From contig OZ076420.1 in assembly GCA_964187785.1 (NCBI GenBank), positions 36,208,001-36,272,000 of the forward strand: a stretch of DNA of 64,000 nt, given 5' to 3'. A program made the position numbers and the translations under genes. Of this stretch, positions 1-13,175 are shown piece by piece. Below the pieces are notes generated by a model. It saw only the letters and a program-made list of their open reading frames with translations. It ran no database searches and was not told where the DNA came from. This stretch comes from Amphiscolops sp. MND2022 (Eukaryota). Positions within the stretch are counted from its first letter, which is position 1, and each line of letters opens with the position of its first letter.

Positions 1-764
1 TTTCGCGTTTCAAAATCTTTGGTAGTGAATTCCATTGTCTAGCTTTTTCTTTGTGGCACCCAGATATAGTACAAATACTGATTGATGACAAGGTAGGTGG
101 AGCAGAGAAAGGCCACAAATTACTACAAAACTCAACTTAGACTTTCCTCGAGATCAATGAACGAAAGCCAATACTAGTATACCATGAGCCGGATGCTTCT
201 GGACTATTCAGTGATAACATTCACAATGCAGTATAACAATAGCCAAGATTGTCACTTTGAAGCAAGTAAAACTTCCATCAAAGACGAATAGGAAAGATCA
301 AAGAAAACGGCCTTTATGAATACTCATTACTATTCAAGATTTGGTATCTCTCGCTAACAAGGGGAAACAAAAACGGATTACACATTGACAAATTGATAGA
401 CTAAGGATTAACATTCGCAACAAACGTCAAAATGTGGAACATGACTCCCGGTTTACATCCGGATATTTCAAATCCCCTATGAACAAGATTCTGCAAAATT
501 GTTTGACCATCTGATACATCTGCGGTCAGTTGATATATTTACAGAAATATCGAGCTTTATAATCGGGAAAGACTAGAATTTTATCAGTGTTGGAATCTTT
601 CAGCGCATCTTTAACTAATCAACTATCTTTTCAAGAGTTTTTTCGCATAATACTGAGTTCAACCAGCCAATTCGGTCAGCAAATATCTTCTATTTCAATG
701 GCAACATTTTTAAACATATAGGACAGTCGATTCGGCTTTTAATACAGTTCGGAACCAAAATAGG

Positions 765-1170
765 AACGGGAAGAGTCGGCGGTCCGCTCAAGGCCCAAAA
801 AGATGAAAGTGACAAACGCACGAAAGACGCACTTCAAATCGTGCAGGAACTGTTTTTGAAAAATTTTCAAAATCTCAGTGGCAAAAAAATAATCGAAGGG
901 AGGACCCATTGGGCTCTAAAACTCTTTGTTTTCTGACTGAAAAAAAAAGCGAGAATAACTTTGTAGTAAATAATTTCTGACAAAAAGTTGAAAGAAAACA
1001 ACATGGGGAAATCCTTTGGACAGAAAAATTATTTACTAATCCAAACAACCAAAAGACAAGACCCTTTTGTGGGATGAAAAAATTCAAAAAAATCAAACAG
1101 CCAAAAAATCCGTTTATACCTTTGTAGACCCAAAACAAATGGAAGCAAGACTCTTTTAAACCCGTTGGCC
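765..1170. repeat. Probable non-autonomous Helentron-associated (HINE-like) interspersed repeat
   Basis: AGTCGGCGG near the left end and GGCCTACT (close to GCCGACT) near the right end mirror the subterminal inverted repeats of the element at 31765. A-rich interior. Boundaries approximate. Confidence 0.4.
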
Positions 1171-2372
1171 TACTTAGCTCCTACTACGTAGGCTGAAAGT
1201 AGATTTTTCATGGTCACTAAAATCGCGTTTTGTTTCATACAGCACCGACTGAATCCACTTCAACAGAAAAACCAGAAGCAGCAATACAATGGTCAGAAAA
1301 CAAAATGAAACGTCTAGAATGCAAAGATAGCTCATGAGGGCTTGATGTATAAATGAAATTTCCAGACACAAGGCATAAAGTGTCAATCAAATTTCAAATA
1401 GCACCCACACTAGGAATGAGTTCTCGTGAAAACATTACCAAAGTGAAATGGACACCGCTTTTCGGGCATTAGGAGTAAACCCAAAAATGTGCAATACCGG
1501 TTCACTTGAGTGCATCTAAAAAGTGTAAAACTTTCGATTAAAATCAAATTGAAAATAGAATTGAACAACTTCGAAAAAGTTTGAAGTCGTCAAAAGCGAC
1601 ATTCATCTGTCCCGTCGAACAAGCATCTCTCGAAAAAGAAACAAATCGCAACAACTGGTTTTACCCAACGAAATTGAGCGAAACTGCTCTACTTCGTAGA
1701 ACTTAATCGAAAAAAACCATTGAGCCGGATTGTGATAAATTTATTGTTTCAGAGATGATCAATGAACTGATATGTGTTGATGCAAATAACAATAACAATG
1801 TGACTGATGCGGAATTTCGAGGGGATTCAGCAAAAGGAATCGTTGCCTGCACTGAGATTTCAGGTAAAAACCGACAATTGCTACGAATATCGGGCGAAGA
1901 TTGTGCTCGGACATTCTCAGGAACAAAAATCGGGCAACCATGAAAAATTCCGTATCCACATATTTGTCCCGGTTTACCGCTGAGCTCAACTTGACAAATT
2001 CATCAAGAGCCTTATCGTGAAACACCTCTACTCATACACAGCTCGATCAAGGAAGATCGAGATACACGAGAGATATAATACCTTGCGAAGCTGAAGTACT
2101 GGAAGCAAATTACCGATGCAACAATCTGCATGTAGTGGATATTGAGTCTGGAAATGAACACGGACATAATAAAATCACTGACAGCAAGGTCCAGGTACAT
2201 CGGAGAACACCGACGTAAATATATGCAGCTCTGATATCTCAATTGCTCATAGACAACCAACCAACCTGCACCAAAACACAATATTGGGCGTTTTACCTGG
2301 AGGTGTGCTCCTATCAACATTCTGCGTGACGAGCTGCCAAAGTGCGAAACCAGCAGAAAGTGCGTAAATGTA

Positions 2373-3049
2373 CAGTGGTGTGAAGGAAGAATGCGACTTA
2401 GCTGCTCAAAAAGACTAATTTTGCAGTCTCATATCTCCAAAACTATTCGAAATGGTTCAATTTCGTAAAAAGTTTCTTGAATTTTTCCTATGAATACAAT
2501 GGTTTTTATTTGAAATTTCGACCATCATTATTGTTTCCGAAGTTATTTACATGTCAATTTGGGAGGAAAAAAAATTAAAATCTAATTTTTGAGAAAATAT
2601 CAGTGATTCAATAAAAATTCTTTGATAAATTTACCTTGCAGATACACTCAAATCTCTCGAAAACGAAAAAGAAATTTGATTTTCGATATACTTGGAACAT
2701 GTGTATATTAGTGGGAGTTTTACCAAGTGTAAGTCTGCAATTCCTATCTTAATACATGTATTTCCAATTTTACAGAACAACAAAGCGCTCCCATTTTTGT
2801 TTTCTTGGTGATTTCCATAAACAAAATCTATCATGGGATTGTGAGAAAAATCGGAGAAATTTTTTGATATAATTTTCATGTGAAAATTATGCCCGAAAGA
2901 CGGCAAAATATTGAGAATACTGATTTTTTGCGAGCGATCGAGGCTCGTTAAACTAATGGCATTTGAGCAGCGAGGCTTTGTGAACCAATCAGATTAGAGA
3001 ATTCTTTGTATTCTAAGCAACTATGTCGCATTCTTTCTTCACCCCACTG
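2373..3049. mobile_element. Tc1/mariner-type MITE
   Basis: TIRs CAGTGGTGTGAAGGAAGAATGCGAC and GTCGCATTCTTTCTTCACCCCACTG. TA on both flanks (2371-72, 3050-51). No transposase. Confidence 0.9.
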
Positions 3050-3319
3050 TAGAAAGGGTAAGTAGTAACTCACTGCATTTTGATCACTATGCGTAACGCC
3101 AAATCACAGCGTGTAACGAACAAAACAGGTAACGAGTATTTAAAAGAATAAAGCGGCATATGTATTGTAATGAAAATATTATTGCACCAGTGTATGGAAA
3201 CATGCAAACCACCGTATATGTTTCAACTTGATGAAATCCCACACTCGGATTATTCATTAGAGTATAATATTGTAGATGCTGGAAACTACTTCTCTATAAT
3301 CAGAATAGTAATCAATAAA

Positions 3320-3618
3320 AAGCCGGGAAAATGACGAAACAAATGAAGCGGGGACACTTTGGTGTAATCCAAAAATTCTCAAAACAGTCTCATAGTGCCG
3401 AAAAAAATCTAATTGAAAAACACCAAGATAGCCAAAGGGGATCCTTAGTAGGTTTTTGAGGTTCTGGACGTTGGTTTTGTTTTGGACAAGGTTTCGAGTG
3501 CTTTGAACCTCCGTAGTTCAAGTTGTTGAACAAATGAACAAAAAAGTGGACCTTACGCGTCTAAAAAAACAACTACCCGCCCTAAGAGTCTGGCACTTTT
3601 TTCAAAAGAGCCGACTAA
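3320..3618. repeat. Probable HINE-like repeat
   Basis: Starts AAGCCGGGAA and ends AAAAGAGCCGACTAAAA, matching both ends of the 31765-32308 element. Shares an internal CATAGTGCCGAAA motif. Confidence 0.5.
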
Positions 3619-6161
3619 AAACAAACAAAAATGAACATCTCAGTACTAAAGTAAGTTCGATGGAACCTCACGAGGGAAAGACTTTGGTCTTCATGAATGT
3701 AAAATTCATAAACCATCATTTAGAGCTCTATTACCTGATTGCTTCCTTCCGATTTCTACCAGTGGCAATTTGTTCAACTTTGAAATGGGGGTAAACAATA
3801 CGATACCATCGATACCCTGTTGCTGAAGAACTATCAGAACAAGTTACATTTTTTCGTGAATCTACAATGCATCCCAGCGGGCGTTAAGAATTTTTTATTG
3901 ATATTGAAACGTTGCTTAATGTACTTAAGGAATACTCGGTATTTTCTTGTCTTGTGAGAGATGAATATCGACCTTCTACAAGATTCACCTGAACATAGGC
4001 AGTTTATGCCGATAGTCAACGAATATTTGCAACTGAAAATGAACCCACTCAAATTACCGATAAAAACGAAAACTTGTCAATCATGTTCTGATCCGAAAAG
4101 GTGAAGATACTGTAAACAGCGGTGATAAAGTCAGCGATAACCGACCATTGCGGTACGTATATCAAACCGCCGTATTCATCCAACCATTTAGCATCATCAA
4201 AAGAAAATTTTCTTGGTCTGTTCTGATAAAAAATGAAAGTTTTTGCACAAAAGATCAGAAGCGTTTTTATTTACAGATGGCGAAATGACAATGAAGATAG
4301 TTCTAATAAGTGTCCGCTCTTTATAACACAAACTTGATCATTCATGAGTTTTGAAGGGCTGATCTTACTGAAGGAAAATTCTGATAAATGTGAGTGCCGA
4401 AAAAAGCGAAAAGGAACCTTGATTGCGGAACTTTTCGTTAACTGAAAGCGAAGACACAAGTTGAAGGGAAATCTTTTCCAAAAAATGCTACACAATGCCG
4501 ACAGAAGACACATCGTGGAGACGCTATGATCAATAAAAAAATTGTCTGGCGTTGTATTCGAGCCCACAACCAGCTTGATTTGAAAAAAAAATGAAAAGTG
4601 GTTCCTCTTACCTTTTGACTGTGAAAATAGTTGACCCTTCCCCACATAAAGACCCTTTTACTGATGGAACTTCACTGGATGACCTAACTGGAGGACACAA
4701 AAGCATTCTGAGTAAACTGACCGCCTTCTGGTTTTTCCCAAATAATTACTCCTGGATACCAAAAAAGATACTCCTGGATATCAGTATTCTCAGCTTAAAA
4801 GGACATTGACGTAAGTGATGAAAAGCAGATATGTTTCCCGTTACCCCACCCCCACGAAAGTTGCCTACAACGCTAAAGACAAAACTGACACAAATATACT
4901 TACATACACAGAAACAACTTCGCCTAGTAACAGTAGTGCAACTTGGACATTTAGTTTGCAAATAATATATTTGTAGCTAACTGGGAAGTCATTTTTTGAA
5001 TGGGTATTTATAACGGAAAAGATTCAGAAGCATGACATTGGGCACCTTCCAAAAAATAATCAAAAAGGGGACCGACGCAAAGCAAGTATAACCAGCTCCA
5101 CGTGACTATATAGTAACCGTCTTGAGTAATAAATTTCTAAATTTGGTTATCGACAAGACAGCACGGGCTGGGGATCTTGACAACCAAGACTACGCCAGCA
5201 ACAAAAAAAAACAAGATACAAGCAACGTGAAATATTTACTTGCTATTTTTTTTCTGGTATATCTCTCTCCCTCAGTGCAATAAATATAACAAATAAATGT
5301 ATGTTGCAGACAAAATTTAGCAGTTAGCAACGTTACCCCACAGTCATTTTTACCCTTATGTGCTCTTATTTCTTGCGTCTTATCCCTACAGCGTCGCTTT
5401 TTTTTCTCGCTTTTTACCCTTGCATTCAATCTATTCATCCTTGCTGCATTTCATCCGTTTATAAAACGAAACCAACCGTCTTTTACCTGTGATATGTAAT
5501 CCTCTAGTATACTTATTACCTTACCCTTTACCCTATAGAAACCTCCAGACTACCAACTATAAGAGGGGGGAGGTACATGTAAAATTCAGTCTACAAGAGA
5601 CTGTCTTGCCGCGAAGGACGAGCAATTGGCATGTAACTATTATATGGTTTCAAATCCTAATGTTTAAAGAATGTTGTTCAATCGAGCTAAAGAAATTAAT
5701 TGTATTATATACATGTAACATCACAAATTACAGTTCTCGTTGAAAAAGATAAAAATACGGCTAAATTTAGCACATGAAGACCAACACAGGAAACACAGTT
5801 TTGACAGTTTTCTTCCGATTTGAATAAGAGCTGACTGAAAAATATAGTTTCAGAAGAGCGAAACAAGGGCATAACTACTACAAGATTGACCAGCTCCTGG
5901 GCCATTAAATAGCTACCAGAGACAGAAAATTGTAACTTGATTCAAGGCAATTTTCCTTAAAATGGATCAGCTCAGTGGAAAAAAAATAAAACAAGAGACC
6001 AAACCGGATGATACTACATTGATTGTCACGAAATGGGGGTCTAAGATACATAGAATTAAACGAAGATCCGAATTAACCGAGTTGACTGTAGTTTGAAATT
6101 TTACTTCTTAGTTCTCTACTTGCCAGGTTTCCTAATTTTTCATCGGAACCGTCACTAGTAC

Positions 6162-9100
6162 TTGAAGGAGGCCCTGAAACTTCCAGCATATCGACACCAT
6201 CCGAGTTCACTGACTGAGTTCACCAGCTGTTCACTGACAAGCCTTTTTTCAGCATGTGCCAGATCAATTAATTTTTCACCCTCTCTGATTTCGATACGCA
6301 CGACTATTTTAAAACGATTGGAAAACTTGTTTCGGTCATTCTAATCTCAAGATTATAATCAAGATTCGATGTGTCAAAAATCATAAAGCAAAAATGAAAA
6401 TACAGTCGACTTCGGCTAATCGAATACTGACTGGACCGGCGAAAAATATTCGATTCAGCGAAATATTCGATTAAACGAAAACATGCTAGTATATTCTTCA
6501 CAGCCGGGGATTGAAAATTTTATTCGTTTCCCCGAAATATTGGATTAGCCGATATTCGATTATCCGAAGTCCACTGTATTTTGCAAAAATAAATTTGAAA
6601 CTTGGATCAGAAAAAACAAGTCTTTGGGGGTTTTTGAACTCTGAATCAGTTTTTAGTCTTTGGATGAACCAAGCCTAAAAAGATGGGAAGGCAGTCCGAT
6701 TGTCCAGTGCTCGAAACGATAGTCAGGAACGGTTGATTCGTCCATCAAATAACTTATCAACGTTAAAAAGTGGATTAATTTGGCTGATGATTAGAATAGT
6801 TTTAATGAAGTTGATTATAATCAATCAACCCTGTTTGTCATAAACACTATCAAAATAGACGACGAACCTGCACGCCAATGAGTTGTTTTTCCAGACCATC
6901 TTTTTCCTCTACAAGGGTTTGTAGTTTGCAGTTCAGGTCATTTATGTCTTGTCTCATGGACGCTAATGCCGCTAGGTGGAGCTGAAACACAAAAACATCT
7001 ACCTCAAACTTGAATACTCAACTGTCCAATCCAAAAATATAGTAATGCTCAAATTGAGAAAAACATGCTCACGCAAAACAGTTACACTATTTAACGAATG
7101 GTTTACACATATGGTTGAATAGCAGACGTCCATTGGGGAAGCACGTTTCGACACTGACAATATGGTTAAATCATCGTGGTTAAATTCGTTTTCAAACTGG
7201 ATTATTCAATTTTTCAATTCGTTCTCACTGAAAAGACGTCGCCGAAAAATGGGAAAAAATGCGTAACTTGTCTAAAACAGGGTTTTCAACCTAATTGATT
7301 TTTCAGAAAAGACGCTTTAAAGCATTAGTTTCAACACCTTTCTGAAACTTTCAACCATAAGCACCCGATAACTTCGATACTAACAAAACGGATTATTTTT
7401 AATGGCTAAAATTTAACTTGAGCTATAGAATGCTCTAACAAAATGATTATAAACATGTCGAAATTTATTAATCATGTAACATTGATTGAAAAATATTCAA
7501 GATGAATATGTAGGCTCCAAATTTGCGGATACTTGTGAGCCAAAAGTGACGGGGTAAAATCATTCAAAACGTTGTTTCTTCAAGAATACAAGAAACTGAA
7601 AAATATGTTGAAAAGTGTCTGAACGTTTTAAGTTGGATGGATTACAACCAAGGGATTACGTAACTACATTAGTAGTTTGAGAAGTGAAAATATCAAAAAA
7701 TTTTGACCCAATATTTCCTCAACCGTTCACGTGACAAAAGCACCAGGACTTGATGGGTGTTCATTGTATCACCTGACTTGTTTTTCCTCGGAAAAGAAGG
7801 GGGAAATCTTTTTACCGGTGAATCATTAGCTTTATCCATTTGCGGAGCAGTTATGTTAACGGGCAACGGCTTGTGCGGTTTCTGTGGTTCTTCCAGCAGA
7901 GACTCTTTGACAGCAAAGCGGACAACTTTTCTGGGAGACAAGTCCCTTTGCTTCAAGGGTGCCATACCTACTGGCGTTTGACACAGGGCGAATCTTTTAC
8001 TTTTATTGTAACTCTTCACAGCCGGATCTTCTGAGGATTCGCTTGGTAGGCGGGAAAAGGCTTCCTGTAGCTAATTTTTAGAATCAGTGATGAAAATTGA
8101 ATATTTCAACGAGAACAAGAAATGCATGAAAACATATGAGGACATTGAATCTCAAAACAGACTAATTTTCATAGGCATTGGAGAACACACCGGATACAAT
8201 ATTAAAGAAATGAACAATATGATACAATATTGCTCAACAAAGGAAACTATGCATTGATTTCTATAGAATTGATTGAAACCCTCACTTTCTATTGTCTTGG
8301 TCAATGTCATATTTTAATCATTACAAATTGAAAAGAATTGTATTTCCGAAAGACTTACATGAATTTCAGTCAAAATCCACAAAAACTGACTACTATACAT
8401 TGATATCGAAACAAATGCTTATGACGTCAGCAATTTTTCTCCAATCTACAAAAACTAGAGCTTGAAATTTCTCAAAGCGTCCACAACAAAAGCATCAAAT
8501 CAAAATAGCTTCAATCAGAATCTCAACAAGCTTCCAAATACACCAGAGGCACAATTCATTTTCCTGTATATAACCAATCGGAAAATAAGCACAACGATGT
8601 TTCATTTGAAACTTAGAAAGTGCAAAAATGTTCAAACATGGTGCTTGGTCTGATTTGGAAGAAACTATAAATCTCCATAGGCCGAAAAATTCTTCGGGAA
8701 CCGTAGAGTTTCATCACGCTTCTATCCCTCGCAAAAATCATAGTATTCAAAAAGTGCCACTTTTTGAATACTATGATTTTTGCGAGGGATAGATTTCATG
8801 GCACTCAACGACGGCAATAAAAACCATAGAATGCCCAACTAGGAATTGTAGTTTTGTGCGGGCCTCTAAAAGCGCATGAGCATATAGTCGGCCTTCTTCA
8901 AGAATGCGCATAATCGAGCGTATAATCCAGGTATTTTAGGAAGGACTTAGAAAAAAAACTAAATTTTGGCCGACTGGATTAACTAAAATAGCTTTATAGA
9001 AGTACTAGTTTTGTTGGATCAGCAAAAGATTTGATGTTTTTGTACACAAATGTGATGTTTCTCTTGTTAGTAAGGACCAGATAACATTATTGTGAACGAG

Positions 9101-10440
9101 ATCATATTTTCCACAACGTGAGCAAGAGCCTCTAAAATTGCATCATTTGCCATAATTTGCCTATAATTTATGCAATATTTTGCGCACAAAACTGCGGTCC
9201 TTGTACCCAATATATCAATGGGTGATTAGTATCCTTAAGGTTACGCTAATTTTGACACTTCAGAAAACATCAAAGACCTGATTATGGAGCATCGTTGCAA
9301 AATACTATATACATGTAAAATACAATACTTGAACGATCGCATGTGAACCGTTGCCTTCGGAAGCAAACAGTAACTTGTAACTTTCGGAAGCAACTAAAAA
9401 GCTCCAAAACTCGGAGACCAAAAATCCACCGCAAAGTTCATCACTGTGGAAAACTGCGAAGATTGTGCAGAGAGATCGGCTAGGGTCTTTGAAGGCTCTT
9501 CTGAAGTTGCACTAGGGGTCGAAGAAATACGGTGTCTGGGGTACAAACGACTATTGCTGCCATTGAAGTTCGGAACATTTTCATTTGAAGTAGAACTGTC
9601 TGTGGTAGCTGATTCCCGAAAGAAATTTCACCAATGATTCGGTGTGCGTTCGTTCATTATACCCGAAAATCATTTTAATCATTCAAACACCATTTTTAGA
9701 AGATTTCATTGAACAATGAGAGCTCCATTTTAAACGGTTGACAGAAAAAAGTGCTTTGTTGACAATATTACGCTTTCGAAGGGTGAATTTCTGGTGTTCG
9801 GTTTTCGTGATTCACGTATTAGGCATCGTTTGATCATCTAATTCAGATTTAGATTCAAGATGTTTCTTCTTTGACTACGATAAAATTAGTTGATGGTAGT
9901 AGAGCTTAAACCAGAAACCGTAAGCATAAACCATACCGAGCAATGATACGTATACCAACATTTCATTTTTCAAGCTTGCATGGAAAATCCATTCGCTCTA
10001 CGTCAATTATATAATCTTTTTCATCAACCTCACCAGAAGGCGCATAAAACTCAATACACCCGCACGACATCCCCACTAACAGCGTACTCAACCATCAGTG
10101 ATAAAAATTAATGTACTAAAATTTGATTGGCTGAAACTGGAAATAGTTGACCGCTCTAAAACATCGCCCTATTCTCCCCACCAAATTTAATGATCGCTAG
10201 CAATTCAAGAATCCGCTCTTGAAATTACCTCATAAAACGAGACTGACGGTCTATAAAACCGGGAACTCATGGAAGCAACTAAAGGGTGAAACTTCTAATA
10301 AACGATATTTACAGTTATCTTGATAAAGTCTGGCAATCTCATTGGAGCTGCGATATTGCCTGGACTGCTTGTTAGAAATACCCAGCTTAGCAGGAGGTCC
10401 CGTTCTGCGAAATGCAGGATCAGTAAAAACTTGCATTTTT
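6162..10440 (-). CDS. Candidate chain of host coding exons (10313-10440, ~9430/9445-9608, 7773-8064, 6162-6303); possibly a continuation of the MCC-like gene
   Basis: Each segment is open and bounded by AG/GT, with mutually compatible phases (2>1, 1>0, 0>1, 1>2). No recognisable homology, and the linking exon from the 12216 donor was not found. Confidence 0.4.
6403..6576. mobile_element. Tc1/mariner-type MITE (174 bp)
   Basis: TIRs CAGTCGACTTCGGCTAATCGAATA and TATTCGATTATCCGAAGTCCACTG, with TA on both flanks. Confidence 0.9.
8721..8793. repeat. Perfect palindrome with 36-bp arms and a 1-nt spacer
   Basis: TCTATCCCTCGCAAAAATCATAGTATTCAAAAAGTG-C-CACTTTTTGAATACTATGATTTTTGCGAGGGATAGA. Confidence 0.95.
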
Positions 10441-12215
10441 CTGAACACCGGGTAATCTTTGGGATAAAGTGGAGATTGTTGGGAATTGGGAAAGGCTCCA
10501 GACATCAATCAGAGAGAGTAATCACTTTAATGATAATTTACAATGCCAGAATTTCCGTTGGTGGTTGGTGATCGACTTAGAAGGGATATTAATCAATGAT
10601 TGCAATATCCTTTAATTATTAATTTATCAAGGAAAATTTTTCATGAAAAAGCCTAAACGTTTCAAAAAGTATCGAAACGTACTTGCGCTAAACAATACTC
10701 GTAGAACAATATACAAGTTTCAAAGAGACACAAAGATATGAAAGATATGCATTCGTATCAAAATGATCTGACGATGATTCGGTGAAATACAACCATTCGT
10801 TTTTGGTACCCAAACTCCAAGTGACTCATTTTTAGACTCCTCACTACAAAAGAACAGCCTAAAACCATGCATTTTCTACCAGTTTTTGGGACAGTAGAAA
10901 AAAACTAAAAATAAAGGCAATTAAACAACGCCAATACATCAAAATATGCCTGAATTTGATATTGCACTTCTGATAACCCAAATTCACCAAAACTAATCAA
11001 AGATCGAAAAGAATGAGAATACGTGTTTAAAAAACACACCCTCTTTCAAATAGAAATGCGTAAAAATATCATGACAGTTTCAACATAAACTATGCTTGAC
11101 TTGTTCCAAAAGTAAAATAAAGATCATTTTACAAGCCCTGAAAAGTGCTTCAATTCATAACAAAAAAGTAAAGTATTATAGAAAACCAAAATGCAGATAT
11201 AAAAATAATAGAATGCCAAAATGATTACAAAAAGAAAAATGATGTGCATATAATGAATAGCAATTCTTCACGAAAAATTAAATCTTAGCATAACACCGCC
11301 AATGTATTATAATTACAATATTTGCCAAACCACGGTTTACTTGTTTTAGCGAAGAGTTGTCAATGAGAGCAACTTCTCTATTGAAAATCACCTTGGAAAC
11401 ATTGTAATTTCACTTTTCAACACTTCAAAACCAATCAATTTGTTAAAAACAGCTGGCAGACTTGAAAAACGCGTATAGTGTAACTACATTTTGATTGTAA
11501 GATGAAAGTGAATCAGAAAGTAGTCAATGCTCAAGCAGTCAAGTTTGACGTGTTGTGAAAAATTGAAGACTTTTGTCTCGGTTGAATGGAAAACTCGATC
11601 AAAATTACGAGAGCTGTTTTTATCAAAAAGCCACTTCTGATTCCATATAAGTTTCAGAACACTTCAAAATCGAGAGTCAGTGCTGACTTTTTCGAAAATC
11701 ATTCTTCGAGGTCAACGCATGAGAGGAAAATCCGAAGAAAAGGAGACAAGAAACGAAGTCATACACGTGAATGACATTTCAACAAGCCGGGGACCCGCTC
11801 AGCGCACAATAGTCTCCCAGATCATTAACTTAGCGGTTCGGAAAAAAGTCTCAGAAAGATTAATAGCGCCAGAAAATTCACCGAGAAACAATGTGAGCTC
11901 TTTTGAAGTCTAGATATTTCCAAAGAAGAGGCCCTTTTCATGCATTTGGAAATAACAGAACATCGAAAGAAAGGAACGCTTTGTCTTTTCTACAAATAAG
12001 CTCGTAAAGGCCCAAGTTATTGGAAGGACTCACTGGATCCATCTTCATATCGCACAATTTGTGACATAAAACAGTTTACGAAAAATTTCACTGCCACGGT
12101 GCATCTTGACTTTTGAAGCAGAAAATAACTGTTCCAAACTGATGTTATGTTTATTTTATAACCAATGTACATTCGTCGTTTTCAGCGAAACGATCGGAAA
12201 ATCAGTGCTACTTAC

Positions 12216-12430
12216 ATTGTTAATATTTTGTTCAGGCGTGATCTGGATTCCCTTAGGACTGCCAGGTGGGTGCTCGTGATGATGGCCGTAGTTGCCAAGA
12301 AACATAGCAGCGGATGGTCCTCGAGGTGCCCCCACAAGTCGGCCACTGAAATCCACCAGCTCGTTATTGTTCATTCGTCCCCCGAGCCGAGGAGAAGTGT
12401 TCGGTAGGTGTGGAGAATTCTTGGAAGACG
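12216..12430 (-). CDS. MCC: MCC-like gene, probable exon 4
   Basis: TTTCAG acceptor (phase 1), open S/P/H-rich frame, AAT|GTAAGT donor. Phase-compatible with exon 3. Confidence 0.6.
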
Positions 12431-12696
12431 CTGAAACATGCACTGTCACCATTATTGCGCTCTATTTTTATCGAAAACTCTCTAAAGCACATCCATATGA
12501 ACATAAGGGACATCTTCTGTCTTTTGGAAAGTTTCATAACATCGAACTATGTTGTTTGTCGCTGCAAGACATTGAAACTCTGAGAAGATAAACCTCGAAA
12601 ACTTTTCACTTCTAAATTTTAACACCCAAAAATTTTCAGATGCTAATTTGATTTTTCCAACCATTTCCGCTTTCAAATTTGTAATAGACTACAAAC

Positions 12697-12876
12697 TTTT
12701 AGGGTTGTAACTGCCAGGGGTTCCAGAGATATGTGGCGAGTTGACCCCGCCGGAAGACCTCTGTCTGCCGAAGGAGTTGGTGCGACTGTTTTCGCCCGAT
12801 GCGGGAAGACTTCTCACATTGGAACCTCCACATGTCGGCAAATCTCGTTTCCAGCTTTCAACTTTTTGACCGTTGC
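12697..12876 (-). CDS. MCC: MCC-like gene, probable exon 3
   Basis: TTACAG acceptor in phase 1, matching the exon 2 donor. Encodes KVESWKRD (compare MCC ESWEYD). The donor at 12696 (GTTTGT) is uncertain. Confidence 0.65.
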
Positions 12877-13175
12877 CTGTAATATGGGTAAAAAGTCCGA
12901 TGGTTAAACGCTTCTGAACAATGATCATACGGTTGAACAATTGCGGGTAAATTCAGTCACTTTTCAACACCTGGTGGTATTCACTGAAAAACATGAGTCG
13001 AAAGATCATAATTTTGAAAAAAAAAAGATTTACGATCGCGAAAAGTTTGTCGTATCCAGGAAGTCGAGAAAAATTTGACAATCTGAGTTAGGTTTCAGAC
13101 ATTCAACATTTCAAACAGGTTCAACATTTCAAACCTTATTTTCACACTCTATTGAAACAATATATCTATTAGAAA

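Noticed and set aside
60-720. Degenerate LINE 3' end
   Set aside because: Only a vague resemblance, with no diagnostic motif or tail.
1750-2372. Possible HEATR1/BAP28-like exon on the minus strand (ALDEF..DTE..RMSEHNLRPIF), or plus-strand exons (1750-1863, 2134-2192, 2249-2372)
   Set aside because: Both strands give plausible splice-bounded frames that cannot both be trusted, and the similarity is weak. Needs RNA-seq.
3660-5910. Further small exon candidates
   Set aside because: Phases require implausibly short introns or hit stops, and readings exist on both strands.
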